Positions 29,921-38,221 of a stretch of 64,000 nucleotides of DNA are shown here, piece after piece. The position numbers and the translations under genes were made by a program. The stretch's first letter is position 1; every line of letters begins with the position of its first letter. Under the pieces are notes generated by a model. That model did no database searches. It was given only the letters and a program-made list of their open reading frames with translations, and was not told the DNA's origin. The stretch is from Arenicellales bacterium (GTDB lineage: Bacteria; Pseudomonadota; Gammaproteobacteria; Arenicellales; CBDCFT01): assembly GCA_965216735.1 (NCBI GenBank), contig OZ244198.1, positions 39,649-103,648 on the forward strand, in the 5' to 3' direction.

Positions 29921-31378
29921 TTAGCCGCCAGCAAATATGCTCTTCTTCAAGATTGAGTGGACACCCCAATTGCCATCGACCACCTGAGTAATGCCAAAAT
30001 CGACCGCCACCGTGATCAGCGAAATGGCTTCGTCCTCGCTCAGATTCTGGGTAGTCATCAAAAACTGCCGCATCTTTCTAAACGCGTCCCGTAAAGCGAG
30101 ATCAACTGAGGATTTCTCATAGATCTTGCTTTGCGCTTCAGGTCCTAATTCCGCTAGGAAATTCGCAAAACTAAAACCGTGCACGAGCCATTCATTCTGA
30201 GTTTCCAACAGCGGATAGTTGAGTTCCTCCAGTGGAGTACCCTTGAGGCTGTCCCGCTTGTGCACGATCAACTGGAACGTCCCAGTCAAAGAACACTCGA
30301 CAGCAGTTCCACACAGCTCCGAATCGCCCTGAGAGGCGTGAGGATCCCCCGCAGATAACAACCCGCCCGTTACTGCCACGGGGTAGTACATGGTCGCGCC
30401 CTTACCAATGCGCCAGTTATCGATGTTACCTCCTGTATAGCTCGGTGGAATAGAGTCCACTATATCCACCTCGCTGGGTGCCAAACCTATGACACCGAAG
30501 TGTGGCCGAATGGGAATACGGGCGTGCTTCAAAATATCATGACGTTCCTCCACTGAACTATGATCTACCGGGACACCCGGATAATCGATGGTCTTGTGAA
30601 CGACCCCGAATGGGTCTGTCTGGGGTGTCCAACGAAAATTGTACACAGCCCGGGCCCAGTCTATATCTCCTGAAGGATCGACTTCATATATCGTTATCAC
30701 TTCTCGTGGATTCGGCTCCTCAATGAGGTCTTTATAGTGAAATCCCCACCAAGCGGCGGCGTTGCTACCAAAACTGCGGCCTGCGTACTCGGGATTCCCA
30801 CTTGGACGCGGTTGAACGTCAAGGATACGGACTTCCAGGATGTCTCCCGGTTCGGCACCACGAACAAATACTGGACCGGTACAGATATGAACGCCGAAAC
30901 CTTCACCAGCCCCCCGTCCAAGGATCGAAGCATCCATTGGGCCGGCCCCGCGCCGGTCTACACCTTTTCGATCCTTGTCCCAATAGAATACGCTCTCCGC
31001 TCCCGGATCACCTTTTATCATCCGATCGAAATCATCGTTTGCATGATGAGTGAGTGTCTCAAGTGTTACAAAGTCACCCGAGTCCACCTCGACAACGGGT
31101 GGAAGGTTTTTGCTGAAATAACCCCAGTGCACGGTCTTATCGGTCGCGGGAACGTGGTGATGGTTCCTCATGCCGGGTTTCGATAGGCCTTTTAGCCCCT
31201 GGGCTTGGGCGGTAGTCACGTAAGGTAATCCAAGACCTGAAATCGACGCCGTAGTGCCAACAGCGAGGCTGGTTTTAAGAAACTGCCGTCGGTCGTTCGC
31301 GACTACCTCGCCTTCATATTGCTCGTTCTGAGCCCGTATCTTAGAATTCATGCTTCCCGATTCGTCTTTATGAATCAT
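29921..31378 (-). CDS. Acetamidase/formamidase-family amidohydrolase with twin-arginine signal
   Basis: DRRQFLKTSLAVGTTASISGL is a Tat motif. The body has acetamidase/formamidase-like segments (GGNIDNWRIGKGATMYYPV, GDPHASQGDSELCGTA). The start could be 31351. Confidence 0.8.
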   Translation of the reverse strand: MIHKDESGSMNSKIRAQNEQYEGEVVANDRRQFLKTSLAVGTTASISGLGLPYVTTAQAQGLKGLSKPGMRNHHHVPATDKTVHWGYFSKNLPPVVEVDSGDFVTLETLTHHANDDFDRMIKGDPGAESVFYWDKDRKGVDRRGAGPMDASILGRGAGEGFGVHICTGPVFVRGAEPGDILEVRILDVQPRPSGNPEYAGRSFGSNAAAWWGFHYKDLIEEPNPREVITIYEVDPSGDIDWARAVYNFRWTPQTDPFGVVHKTIDYPGVPVDHSSVEERHDILKHARIPIRPHFGVIGLAPSEVDIVDSIPPSYTGGNIDNWRIGKGATMYYPVAVTGGLLSAGDPHASQGDSELCGTAVECSLTGTFQLIVHKRDSLKGTPLEELNYPLLETQNEWLVHGFSFANFLAELGPEAQSKIYEKSSVDLALRDAFRKMRQFLMTTQNLSEDEAISLITVAVDFGITQVVDGNWGVHSILKKSIFAGG

Positions 31379-32502
31379 TTCTATCTCCTCTGGTGCGTCG
31401 TTAACACTTCAGCCTACTTTGGGTAAGCCATTTGTTGACCGCAGCTGCGCTGAAAGCAGCTGGAAAACTTCAGCCAGAATACGGTTACGATAGAAAAGAG
31501 AGCCCGGCCTACTTAGGTCGCCACTAAGAGGAGTCGAAACCTACATGGCCAGGAGTTACCCAAATTCATCCCGTCGCAAGAATTTCGATATCGTCTTATG
31601 GATGACGTGTACCAAGAGTGAAGCGGTTGGTAGTTGGTAAGACGTGCTATCAGCTCTCTAATCGCCATTACTGTTTCCGCCCAAATTGTTTGTTGTCAGC
31701 CCGACAAGCTAACCCTGAAACATCTACGTAAATAAGGTTACTCTTCGTTGACTGTTCGTTCAAGTTCTAGACATTTTATGTGCCGAGAAGGTGGTCGGCT
31801 GTCGGAGCGATCATGTCACCGGTAAGTCCCAAACAAGGGGTTTTGCACCCTAACGAATATGCTCCTATGGCCGGATTGGGTCGGCGTACGTATTATCAGC
31901 CCGGTCTAAAGTAGTCTGCAGTTAGCCGTAAGCGGCTGTCGCGCTGCCCAAAACATTGAGGGTCTTACGTCCGGTGTACGCCATGTTGCACGCATTCCTT
32001 TGAATGCAAGAGCTGGTCGAGATAGGAATTTACAACGTCATCGGGTACGTCCGCTCTAGATGGGAACGGACGTTGAGCCCTGTTCCCAGCGACCGGCAGT
32101 TGTGGATCGATAGTGAGCATTATTGAACTGACAAACAAATTGGTTTCAGCCGAATGGTGAATCTCAGGCAACCATATGTGGGTTCGGAGAGCGCAAGCGA
32201 AAAACACGGATTTCACCCACAGCCTGATCGGCGTGCGAGGCCAACCCGACGTAAATGACCCAGGAGATCATCTCCCCGTCAACACTTGTTATAAATAAGA
32301 TACAACCGGTGGGAAGTGCGAATCAAAGAGATAGAGTGATCAAAATCAACAAGTTAACGCAAGATGTCTCACGTCAATTACTTTGTCCGGTCGGCGTCAA
32401 TTAGGTTGGCCGATGGATTTAGCCTTTCAGTGTGCCACGTAAGGAGGCCGTAGGCCGACTGAAGTGGCACACTGGGCAGCGATGCTCCTGATCGCTGAAT
32501 GA

Positions 32503-33254
32503 TTATTTTGATTTCCTCTTTAGTGATTGTTTTTTACGATAACTGTCTTCGTTACACTCGATAATGGTCGCGTGGTGTACCAAACGGTCAATGGCGGCCA
32601 CCGTCATCATGTTGTCCTGGAAGATTTGATCCCAGTCACTAAAGGCCTGATTGGAGGTAATAATCAATGATCCGGATTCGTAACGATGGGCGATGAGTTC
32701 GAACAATACCTGGGTTTCCATCTCGTTCTTTTTGACATAGCCAATATCATCCACAATCAGTACAACGTACTTGTCGAGTCGATTCAGTGCTTCCATCAGG
32801 CCCAGTTCGGTGCGGGCTTTTTGTAAGTGTTGCACCAGGGCGGTGGCAGAGCTGAACTTTATCCGAATGCCTTTTTCGATCAATCCATAGCCGATGGCAC
32901 AAGCGAGATGGGGTTTACCCACTCCACTGGGACCGAACAGGAGTACATTGTCGCCCTGTTGTACCCATCGCGTATCGTTGATGAATTGAGCGATCTGATT
33001 TTTGCGAACGGTGTTGACCGCATTAAAATCGAATTCACTGAGTTTTTTACCCGCCGGTAGCTGTGCTTCTTTGGTATAGCGCAATAATCGTTTGTGGTAA
33101 CGATTAGCGGCCTCTTGTTCACACAGTGTCGCCAGATAATCTTGTGGTAACCATTGCTCTTCAATGGCTTTATGGGCCGGGTTTCCCAAACGTTGGCGAT
33201 GCCGGCCAACTTCAGCTCTTTGAGTAATACCGGTAAAGAGGCCGCGTTAGACAT
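32503..33254 (-). pseudogene. istB: IstB-like helper ATPase, frameshifted and with degenerate Walker A
   Basis: The N-terminus MSNAASLPVLLKELKLAGIANVWE is in one frame and the rest (..PAHKAIEEQWLPQDYLATLCEQE...) in another, with the junction near 33180. Walker A reads GPSGVGKPH rather than GK[TS]. Confidence 0.75.
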
Positions 33255-33407
33255 AGGCGGCCTCCACGGTGTGCCCCAGCAATTGGTTGTAATCGGCCAA
33301 TGGGTGTTGGTGCGATGGGATATCCGGTAGCGATGGCGGTGGTGGTAGGAAACGTTCGCGATAATCGGCCTGTGTGGGCAAGTGCCCTTGCTGGATTTGC
33401 CTTAACA
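33247..33407 (-). pseudogene. istA: IstA transposase, last ~53 codons only
   Basis: The open frame ...QQGHLPTQADYRERFLPPPPSLPD...LLGHTVEAAYV* ends in the typical 4-8-nt overlap with istB. Everything upstream is missing. Confidence 0.5.
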
Positions 33408-33462
33408 CACTAAACAGTGGTGGGCCCGGTAGGACTCGAACCTACGACCAATGGATTATGAG
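33408..33462 (-). repeat. 55-bp direct repeat DR1 = 3' 45 nt of a tRNA(CAU) (33418-33462) plus 10 downstream bp; island boundary (att)
   Basis: The minus strand reads CTCATAA-TCCAT-TGGTC-GTAGG-TTCGAGT-CCTAC-CGGGCCC-A-CCA, which is anticodon loop through CCA. It is identical to 60990-61044. The flank lacks a D-arm or 5' acceptor. Confidence 0.9.
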
Positions 33463-33587
33463 AACGCCAAAGGAATTGGCAAAGGTATATTTTTCAATAA
33501 CTTATCGGGGCGTCCGTTGCACCGATTTGCAGGGTTTTGCAGCACAATGCACGGCTCATCTACGCAAAATCCCCGCAAGCCCAAGTG

Positions 33588-33629
33588 TTGACTCAATCGA
33601 TACATTGGCATATGTTTAGGCATATGCCA
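33588..33629 (+). promoter_or_regulatory. Putative vapBC promoter with palindromic operator
   Basis: TTGACT (33588-33593), a 17-bp spacer, then TATGTT (33611-16). A perfect 9-bp inverted repeat TGGCATATG/CATATGCCA (33606-33629) overlaps the -10, about 20 nt upstream of vapB. Confidence 0.55.
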
Positions 33630-33648
33630 TATAGGTTGAATTAAAACG

Positions 33649-33891
33649 ATGGAAGATATCGAACGACACGTTAAATTGTTTCGCAACGGCCGCAACCAAG
33701 CACTCCGAATTCCCCGGGATTTTGAGATAAAGGGGGACGAAGCCATTTTACGCAAGGACGGAGATCGACTTATCGTAGAACCCGTTCGAAAAGGACAATT
33801 GTTATCGTTGTTAAGCAGCTTAAGTCCCTTGAAAGAAATATTCCCTGATATAGACAAAGACTTACCTCAACTAGAGGACGCCACTTTGTAA
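33649..33891 (+). CDS. vapB: VapB-type antitoxin (AbrB/SpoVT fold)
   Basis: KLFRNGRNQALRIPRDFEIKGDEAILRKDGDRLIVEP is the AbrB-type swapped-hairpin motif. It sits 1 nt upstream of a PIN gene. Confidence 0.85.
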   Translation: MEDIERHVKLFRNGRNQALRIPRDFEIKGDEAILRKDGDRLIVEPVRKGQLLSLLSSLSPLKEIFPDIDKDLPQLEDATL

Positions 33892-33892
33892 A

Positions 33893-34306
33893 ATGACTCT
33901 TCGGTATCTTCTGGATACGAATATCGTGTCTGATCTTGTCCGAAATCCCCAGGGCATGATAGCTGATCGAATTGCTGCGGTAGGGGAAGATTCTGTTTGT
34001 ACCAGTATTATTGTCTCGAGCGAGTTGCGATACGGTGCGGAAAAATCCAGTTCACAAGCGCTTATTGATCGTGTTGATCTGATACTGTCTGCGATTGAGA
34101 TATTGCCATTTAATGAACCCGCTGATCGTCACTACGGAACACTTCGCCAACAGCTTACAGCTAAGGGAACTCTAATTGGACCAAACGATTTACTCATCGC
34201 CGCGCATGCACTCGCTGAGAGACTGATCATCGTGACTGCAAACTATGGAGAAATTTCCAGAGTGCCGGGGTTGATTGTGGAAAATTGGCTGGGTGAACGT
34301 GGGTAA
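33893..34306 (+). CDS. vapC: VapC PIN-domain toxin
   Basis: YLLDTNIVSDL..., acidic residues in the SSELRYGAEKS region, and NDLLIAAHAL...TAN are typical of VapC. Confidence 0.85.
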   Translation: MTLRYLLDTNIVSDLVRNPQGMIADRIAAVGEDSVCTSIIVSSELRYGAEKSSSQALIDRVDLILSAIEILPFNEPADRHYGTLRQQLTAKGTLIGPNDLLIAAHALAERLIIVTANYGEISRVPGLIVENWLGERG

Positions 34307-34346
34307 CTTTTGGACGTCGATTAGCCTCTAACTCTAATCTGGGTCA

Positions 34347-34499
34347 TTTTTACATGCCGGTACACATGGCAGCTTTATGTAGTATGACCTAGGATTCTTT
34401 GATCTGGATTTGGGGTGCGTAGAACCCGCCCCGAATCCTTATCGTACAGAAACTGTAAACCATGTGCCCGGTACAAAATGTAAACCATGTCTCCGGTAA
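34347..34499 (+). mobile_element. Miniature/internally deleted IS481-type remnant
   Basis: 34383-34470 translates to YDLGFFDLDLGCVEPAPNPY.., which parallels the C-terminus (YDLGFFDQNENRVAPGDNPF) of the intact transposase at 59774-60961. Two copies of the GTAAACCATGT(G/C)(C/T)CCGGTA end-repeat follow. A possible left IR lies at about 34347-34366. Confidence 0.5.
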
Positions 34500-34789
34500 G
34501 GACCGATGTCTTACCGGTAGTGAACACCCTTACATAAGGTGTGACCACGTCTGGGACTGTTGCATCATCCGTGTCAAAGCAGTCAATAGATAAAGTCGTT
34601 AAACACCCAGTTGAATCAGCGATGTCGTTGAGTGTTATGTTCGAATTTATATGTGCACATGTATGCGGAGGACAAGCCAAATGGTCTGCCAAAGCTCGCC
34701 TAAAATCGTTTCGGACGCGAGATCGGTCGCCAGCACGATGAGACCGACGAAATGGTCCGCGCCGCCGGCATCGAAGTCCGGCTTCCAGA

Positions 34790-36868
34790 TCATCGAACTT
34801 GCTCCTCGATAGCGGTCATTTCACGCTTGAATGGCACGGCGTCGGGATCGATATCGGCGTCTAGGTTACGGGCGTACTTGTGACCTGCATACACAGCGGC
34901 GGCGATGGTGCCAGGTGCATAGGCATCGCCGATCAGATCCACGGACTTGATCCCTGCGTCAGCCCAATCCGCTTGTCGGAAGCAAAGCGAAAGGAACAGA
35001 TCGTCATTCGGCAGGCGCGCTGTCACTGGAACGACGACATCGCACGCCACTTCTTCTCTCTCGCCTGTGAATACGCATTCCAATATGGCTGTGCCGTCAC
35101 GCACCTCGACCAGCGCTTTGCTGACGTGAACGGCGTCGCAAACGTCAATGACGGCTTTTTGTATCCGGTGTTGGTCAAGGGCAGCCGTGGACCAGCTAGA
35201 TACGAGGCCGTCAGTGGTGACAAAGGTCACGCTTTTGCCGTCAGCGGCCAATTGTTCAGCCATCAGGCTGCCCATGTAGTAGTGATCGTCGTCGAATATG
35301 AGATAGCTATTGCCGCTTCGTTTTCCAGCCATGACGTCGTCGGGAGTGAGGCTTCGTTCATCTAAACCCGGAACAGCATGTTGATGATATCGGCCGATCC
35401 CGTCTCGGCGCCAATATGATCCCGTTGCAATCGCCACTCGTTCGAAGCCGAGCTCGAGAACATCATCTGTACTAAGATCACTCTCTAAATAAGTTTCGAC
35501 ATTAACCATGGGCAGCAACAGTATCTCCCGATGATCCTTAACGCGTCCCCAGGTCGAGAGGCCAGGCAGACGCGACTCTCTGGCAACCCGCCCACCCAAC
35601 TCGGCCTCCCCTTCAGCAAGGGTCAAATTGTAGCCGCGCTTGCCGAGATGGTGTGCAGCCTCGAGTCCGGTCGGGCCTGCGCCGACGATCAGAATCTTGT
35701 CCTCGGAGCCTTTGGGCGCAGCCTGTTCCGGGTGCCATCCCTTTCGCCACTCCTCGCCCTGGGTCGGGTTCTGTGTGCAACGGATCGGTACGGAGAGCTC
35801 ATCATGTGCGACGCATACGTTGCAGCCGATACACTCTCGAATTTCGTCTACTCGTCCCTCCTCGATCTTCTTAGGCAAGAACGGATCGGCGATCGACGGG
35901 CGCGCCGCGCCAATGAAATCCAAGACGCCGCTCTTGATTTGTCGAACCATGGTATCGGGAGAGGTAAACCTGCCGACGCCAACGACCGGTTTGGTGGTCA
36001 GTTTTTTGATCCGTTTGACGAACGGTTCTTCCACCGCTTCGGGTGAGAACCGCGAGGTTTGAGAGTCGTTGGTCCAATCCGACAACGTCACGTCCCAGAG
36101 ATCTGGAAGCTCCGCGAGCATACCGATCGCGTCCTCCGCCTCCGAGGTCTCCAGTCCCTTGTTGCCGACGAGTTCGTCGATACTGATCCGGATGGCCATG
36201 GCCGCCCGCCCTGCAATCTCCTCACCGGTGTCTTCCAAGACCTCGCGCAATAACCGCACGCGGTTCTCCAGATTGTCGCCATACTCATCATCGCGATGGT
36301 TCCAACGCGGTGACAGAAAGTGAAACAGGACCGACAGGTTGTGCGCGGCATAGACATAGATGATGTCGAAGTCAGCCTTAAGCGCCCGCTTGACTGCCGC
36401 GCGATGCCAACGACGCAGATCGGCAATGTCGCCTTTGTCCATGGCCCTGCACTGAACGGGGTGCAAGTGCCCACCCACTTGTACGGGGAGGTGGCTTGGC
36501 GCAAGCGGGATCTCCCGCGTATACAGACTGGCAACGGCATACGAGTTGTAAACGAGTTCAATACCAGCGAGGGCGCCGTGGCCATGGACGCCGTCGACCA
36601 TCAGCTCCAGGGCAGGCAAGTCGCGATCGTCCCAGATGCGCATTTCCACCAAGGGAGAGCTGTCGGCGGAAGGATGGAACTCGCACTGTTCCGTGTTGAC
36701 GACAGCCCAACCTCCCTCTGCTTTGATCTCGCGCATCCTCGCCATGGCGGAGGCATGCAAGTAACCGAGGCCGTTGCAATGAGGGACCTGATAGAAACGG
36801 TTTCGCGCCGTTTTCGGTCCAATCTGAACAGGCTCGAACAGAATATCGTACCGGGGGTCTCTGGCCAT
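34790..36868 (-). CDS. Trimethylamine/dimethylamine/histamine dehydrogenase-family FMN + 4Fe-4S + ADP-binding flavoprotein
   Basis: (M)ARDPRYDILFEPVQIGPKTARNRFYQVPHC closely parallels the TMADH N-terminus as I recall it, including the Cys used for covalent FMN. Also CIGCNVCV (Fe-S) and VGAGPTGLEAA (dinucleotide fold). The track start is 36883 (GTG). Confidence 0.8.
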   Translation of the reverse strand: MARDPRYDILFEPVQIGPKTARNRFYQVPHCNGLGYLHASAMARMREIKAEGGWAVVNTEQCEFHPSADSSPLVEMRIWDDRDLPALELMVDGVHGHGALAGIELVYNSYAVASLYTREIPLAPSHLPVQVGGHLHPVQCRAMDKGDIADLRRWHRAAVKRALKADFDIIYVYAAHNLSVLFHFLSPRWNHRDDEYGDNLENRVRLLREVLEDTGEEIAGRAAMAIRISIDELVGNKGLETSEAEDAIGMLAELPDLWDVTLSDWTNDSQTSRFSPEAVEEPFVKRIKKLTTKPVVGVGRFTSPDTMVRQIKSGVLDFIGAARPSIADPFLPKKIEEGRVDEIRECIGCNVCVAHDELSVPIRCTQNPTQGEEWRKGWHPEQAAPKGSEDKILIVGAGPTGLEAAHHLGKRGYNLTLAEGEAELGGRVARESRLPGLSTWGRVKDHREILLLPMVNVETYLESDLSTDDVLELGFERVAIATGSYWRRDGIGRYHQHAVPGLDERSLTPDDVMAGKRSGNSYLIFDDDHYYMGSLMAEQLAADGKSVTFVTTDGLVSSWSTAALDQHRIQKAVIDVCDAVHVSKALVEVRDGTAILECVFTGEREEVACDVVVPVTARLPNDDLFLSLCFRQADWADAGIKSVDLIGDAYAPGTIAAAVYAGHKYARNLDADIDPDAVPFKREMTAIEEQVR

Positions 36869-37037
36869 GGGACTAAGCTTCACACTTCCAAATCAAGCTG
36901 TAGTATCAGGCGGATTGCCGACCGTATTTTCTCGCAGAAGCGACGAGCACACCGGAGTCGGCTACGTCCGCTTCTTTGTCTTGAAGAGCGGTGGTCGGCA
37001 GGCACAGCTGCCCCCACCTAGGCTAGTCTTGCAGGGA

Positions 37038-37997
37038 TTAACGTAGCCACGCGGACCAAGTCGCCTTGTTGTCATCCAGCCATTTCTGAACGACGTCTTC
37101 GATGTCTTGACCGTCGACCTCGATATCTCCGAGCATTGTCGACACGTCTTCGCTGCTCATGCGGAAGAGATGAAGCAGTCGGGCCGCTTCCGGAGTCTTG
37201 TCAGTAAACTTCTTGCTGGCGAGTTTCCAGATGTAACCAGGCGTGTACCCGCAATCCCATGTCGCATCCGGGTTCGGTCCCCATGCAGGATCGTCGTAGC
37301 ACGCTTCGTCATGTTCGGGGTAAGTAATGAACTCACCGTCGACACTTTCGAAAAACCAGTGCGGTATAAAACCCCAGCCGATGATCGGCTCTTTCTTGTC
37401 CACGGCAGCCTTGATCGTCGCAACCATAGTGATGGGCGATCCTGAGCTGATCGCTTCAATTTCAAGGCCTAGGCCGTCAAGGCGTTTTTGGGAATCGGTC
37501 TCCCAATCGGCTGGTGCGTCAACCAAGCGGCCACGCGGCTCGGTCTCGACGGTGGAGAGCGCCTTGACGCAGTCTGGATCCTTGAGACCTTCCCAGCTCG
37601 GAAGCCCTGGGCATTGTTCCTTTACGTATGCCGGATACCACCAGCCTTCGACGATTTCTATTCCGGCCGGACCGTAGTTGACGACATTGCCGCTCTTGAC
37701 CGAGTCAATGAAGTTGCCCCAACCGGTCGTATCCCAAAGCGCTGCGGCGACGTCTAGATCGCCGGTTTCCACGGCGGCGACCATCGCAGTGTAGTCGACA
37801 CGCACGAACTCAACATTATAGCCGGCCGCCTTCAAGACGCCACCATACAGATAATTGACGATGTCTCCATCATTGGAGTCCATCAGTGAGATTTTGATTG
37901 GATCCGACGTTTCGACCGCCGGCGCCGGAGCAGCCATGAATGCGAAGGCAAACATGCCTGCGGTAGTACAGCCCAAGATCTTACGCCAAATATTCAT
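37038..37997 (-). CDS. Glycine-betaine/choline-type (ProX/OpuAC-like) ABC substrate-binding protein
   Basis: Signal peptide MNIWRKILGCTTAGMFAFAFMAAPAPA after a ggagg SD. Aromatic-rich WWYPAYV / GWGFIPHWF motifs are typical of quaternary-amine binders. Confidence 0.7.
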   Translation of the reverse strand: MNIWRKILGCTTAGMFAFAFMAAPAPAVETSDPIKISLMDSNDGDIVNYLYGGVLKAAGYNVEFVRVDYTAMVAAVETGDLDVAAALWDTTGWGNFIDSVKSGNVVNYGPAGIEIVEGWWYPAYVKEQCPGLPSWEGLKDPDCVKALSTVETEPRGRLVDAPADWETDSQKRLDGLGLEIEAISSGSPITMVATIKAAVDKKEPIIGWGFIPHWFFESVDGEFITYPEHDEACYDDPAWGPNPDATWDCGYTPGYIWKLASKKFTDKTPEAARLLHLFRMSSEDVSTMLGDIEVDGQDIEDVVQKWLDDNKATWSAWLR

Positions 37998-38221
37998 TGC
38001 TAAGCGCCTCCATTTCGTTTCCACGAGATTGTCTGTTTTGTCCACGCCCCTAGGACCGAACCTCGGCGGCATCGCCGCCACGCATCAAATCCCATCGACG
38101 TTTATGACTTAGTTTCCCATACTAAATACATGGAAAAAAATATGCATTTCCTTAAGCGTACTTGAAGAAATCTAAAAGTATTGCCCATGGATTCGAGAGA
38201 TCTTTTCTCGGGGGTGTGGAG

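Larger units (their letters stand above)
32365..33407 (-). mobile_element. IS21-family remnant (3' end of istA, frameshifted istB, terminal repeats)
   Basis: istA stop and istB start overlap (ATGTCTAA). Subterminal repeats CGTCAATTA x2 sit near a TGT terminus at about 32365. The element is cut off at 33407 by the 55-bp repeat. Confidence 0.6.

Noticed and set aside
31379-32364. Group II intron remnant
   Set aside because: There is a GTGCG at about 32233 and several hairpins. I could not fold a domain-V-like 34-nt helix (AGC triad, 2-nt bulge, GNRA loop) on either strand, and there is no RT ORF.
33408-33462. Calling either 55-bp repeat an intact tRNA-Met/Ile2 gene
   Set aside because: Only positions from the anticodon loop to CCA are present. 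The sequence on the 5' side of both copies has no GGGCCCG acceptor strand or D-arm, so these are att-type fragments and not functional tRNA genes.
34375-34692. 105-aa minus-strand ORF
   Set aside because: It lies antisense to the IS481-type remnant and crosses a composition break. Its translation has no coding character.
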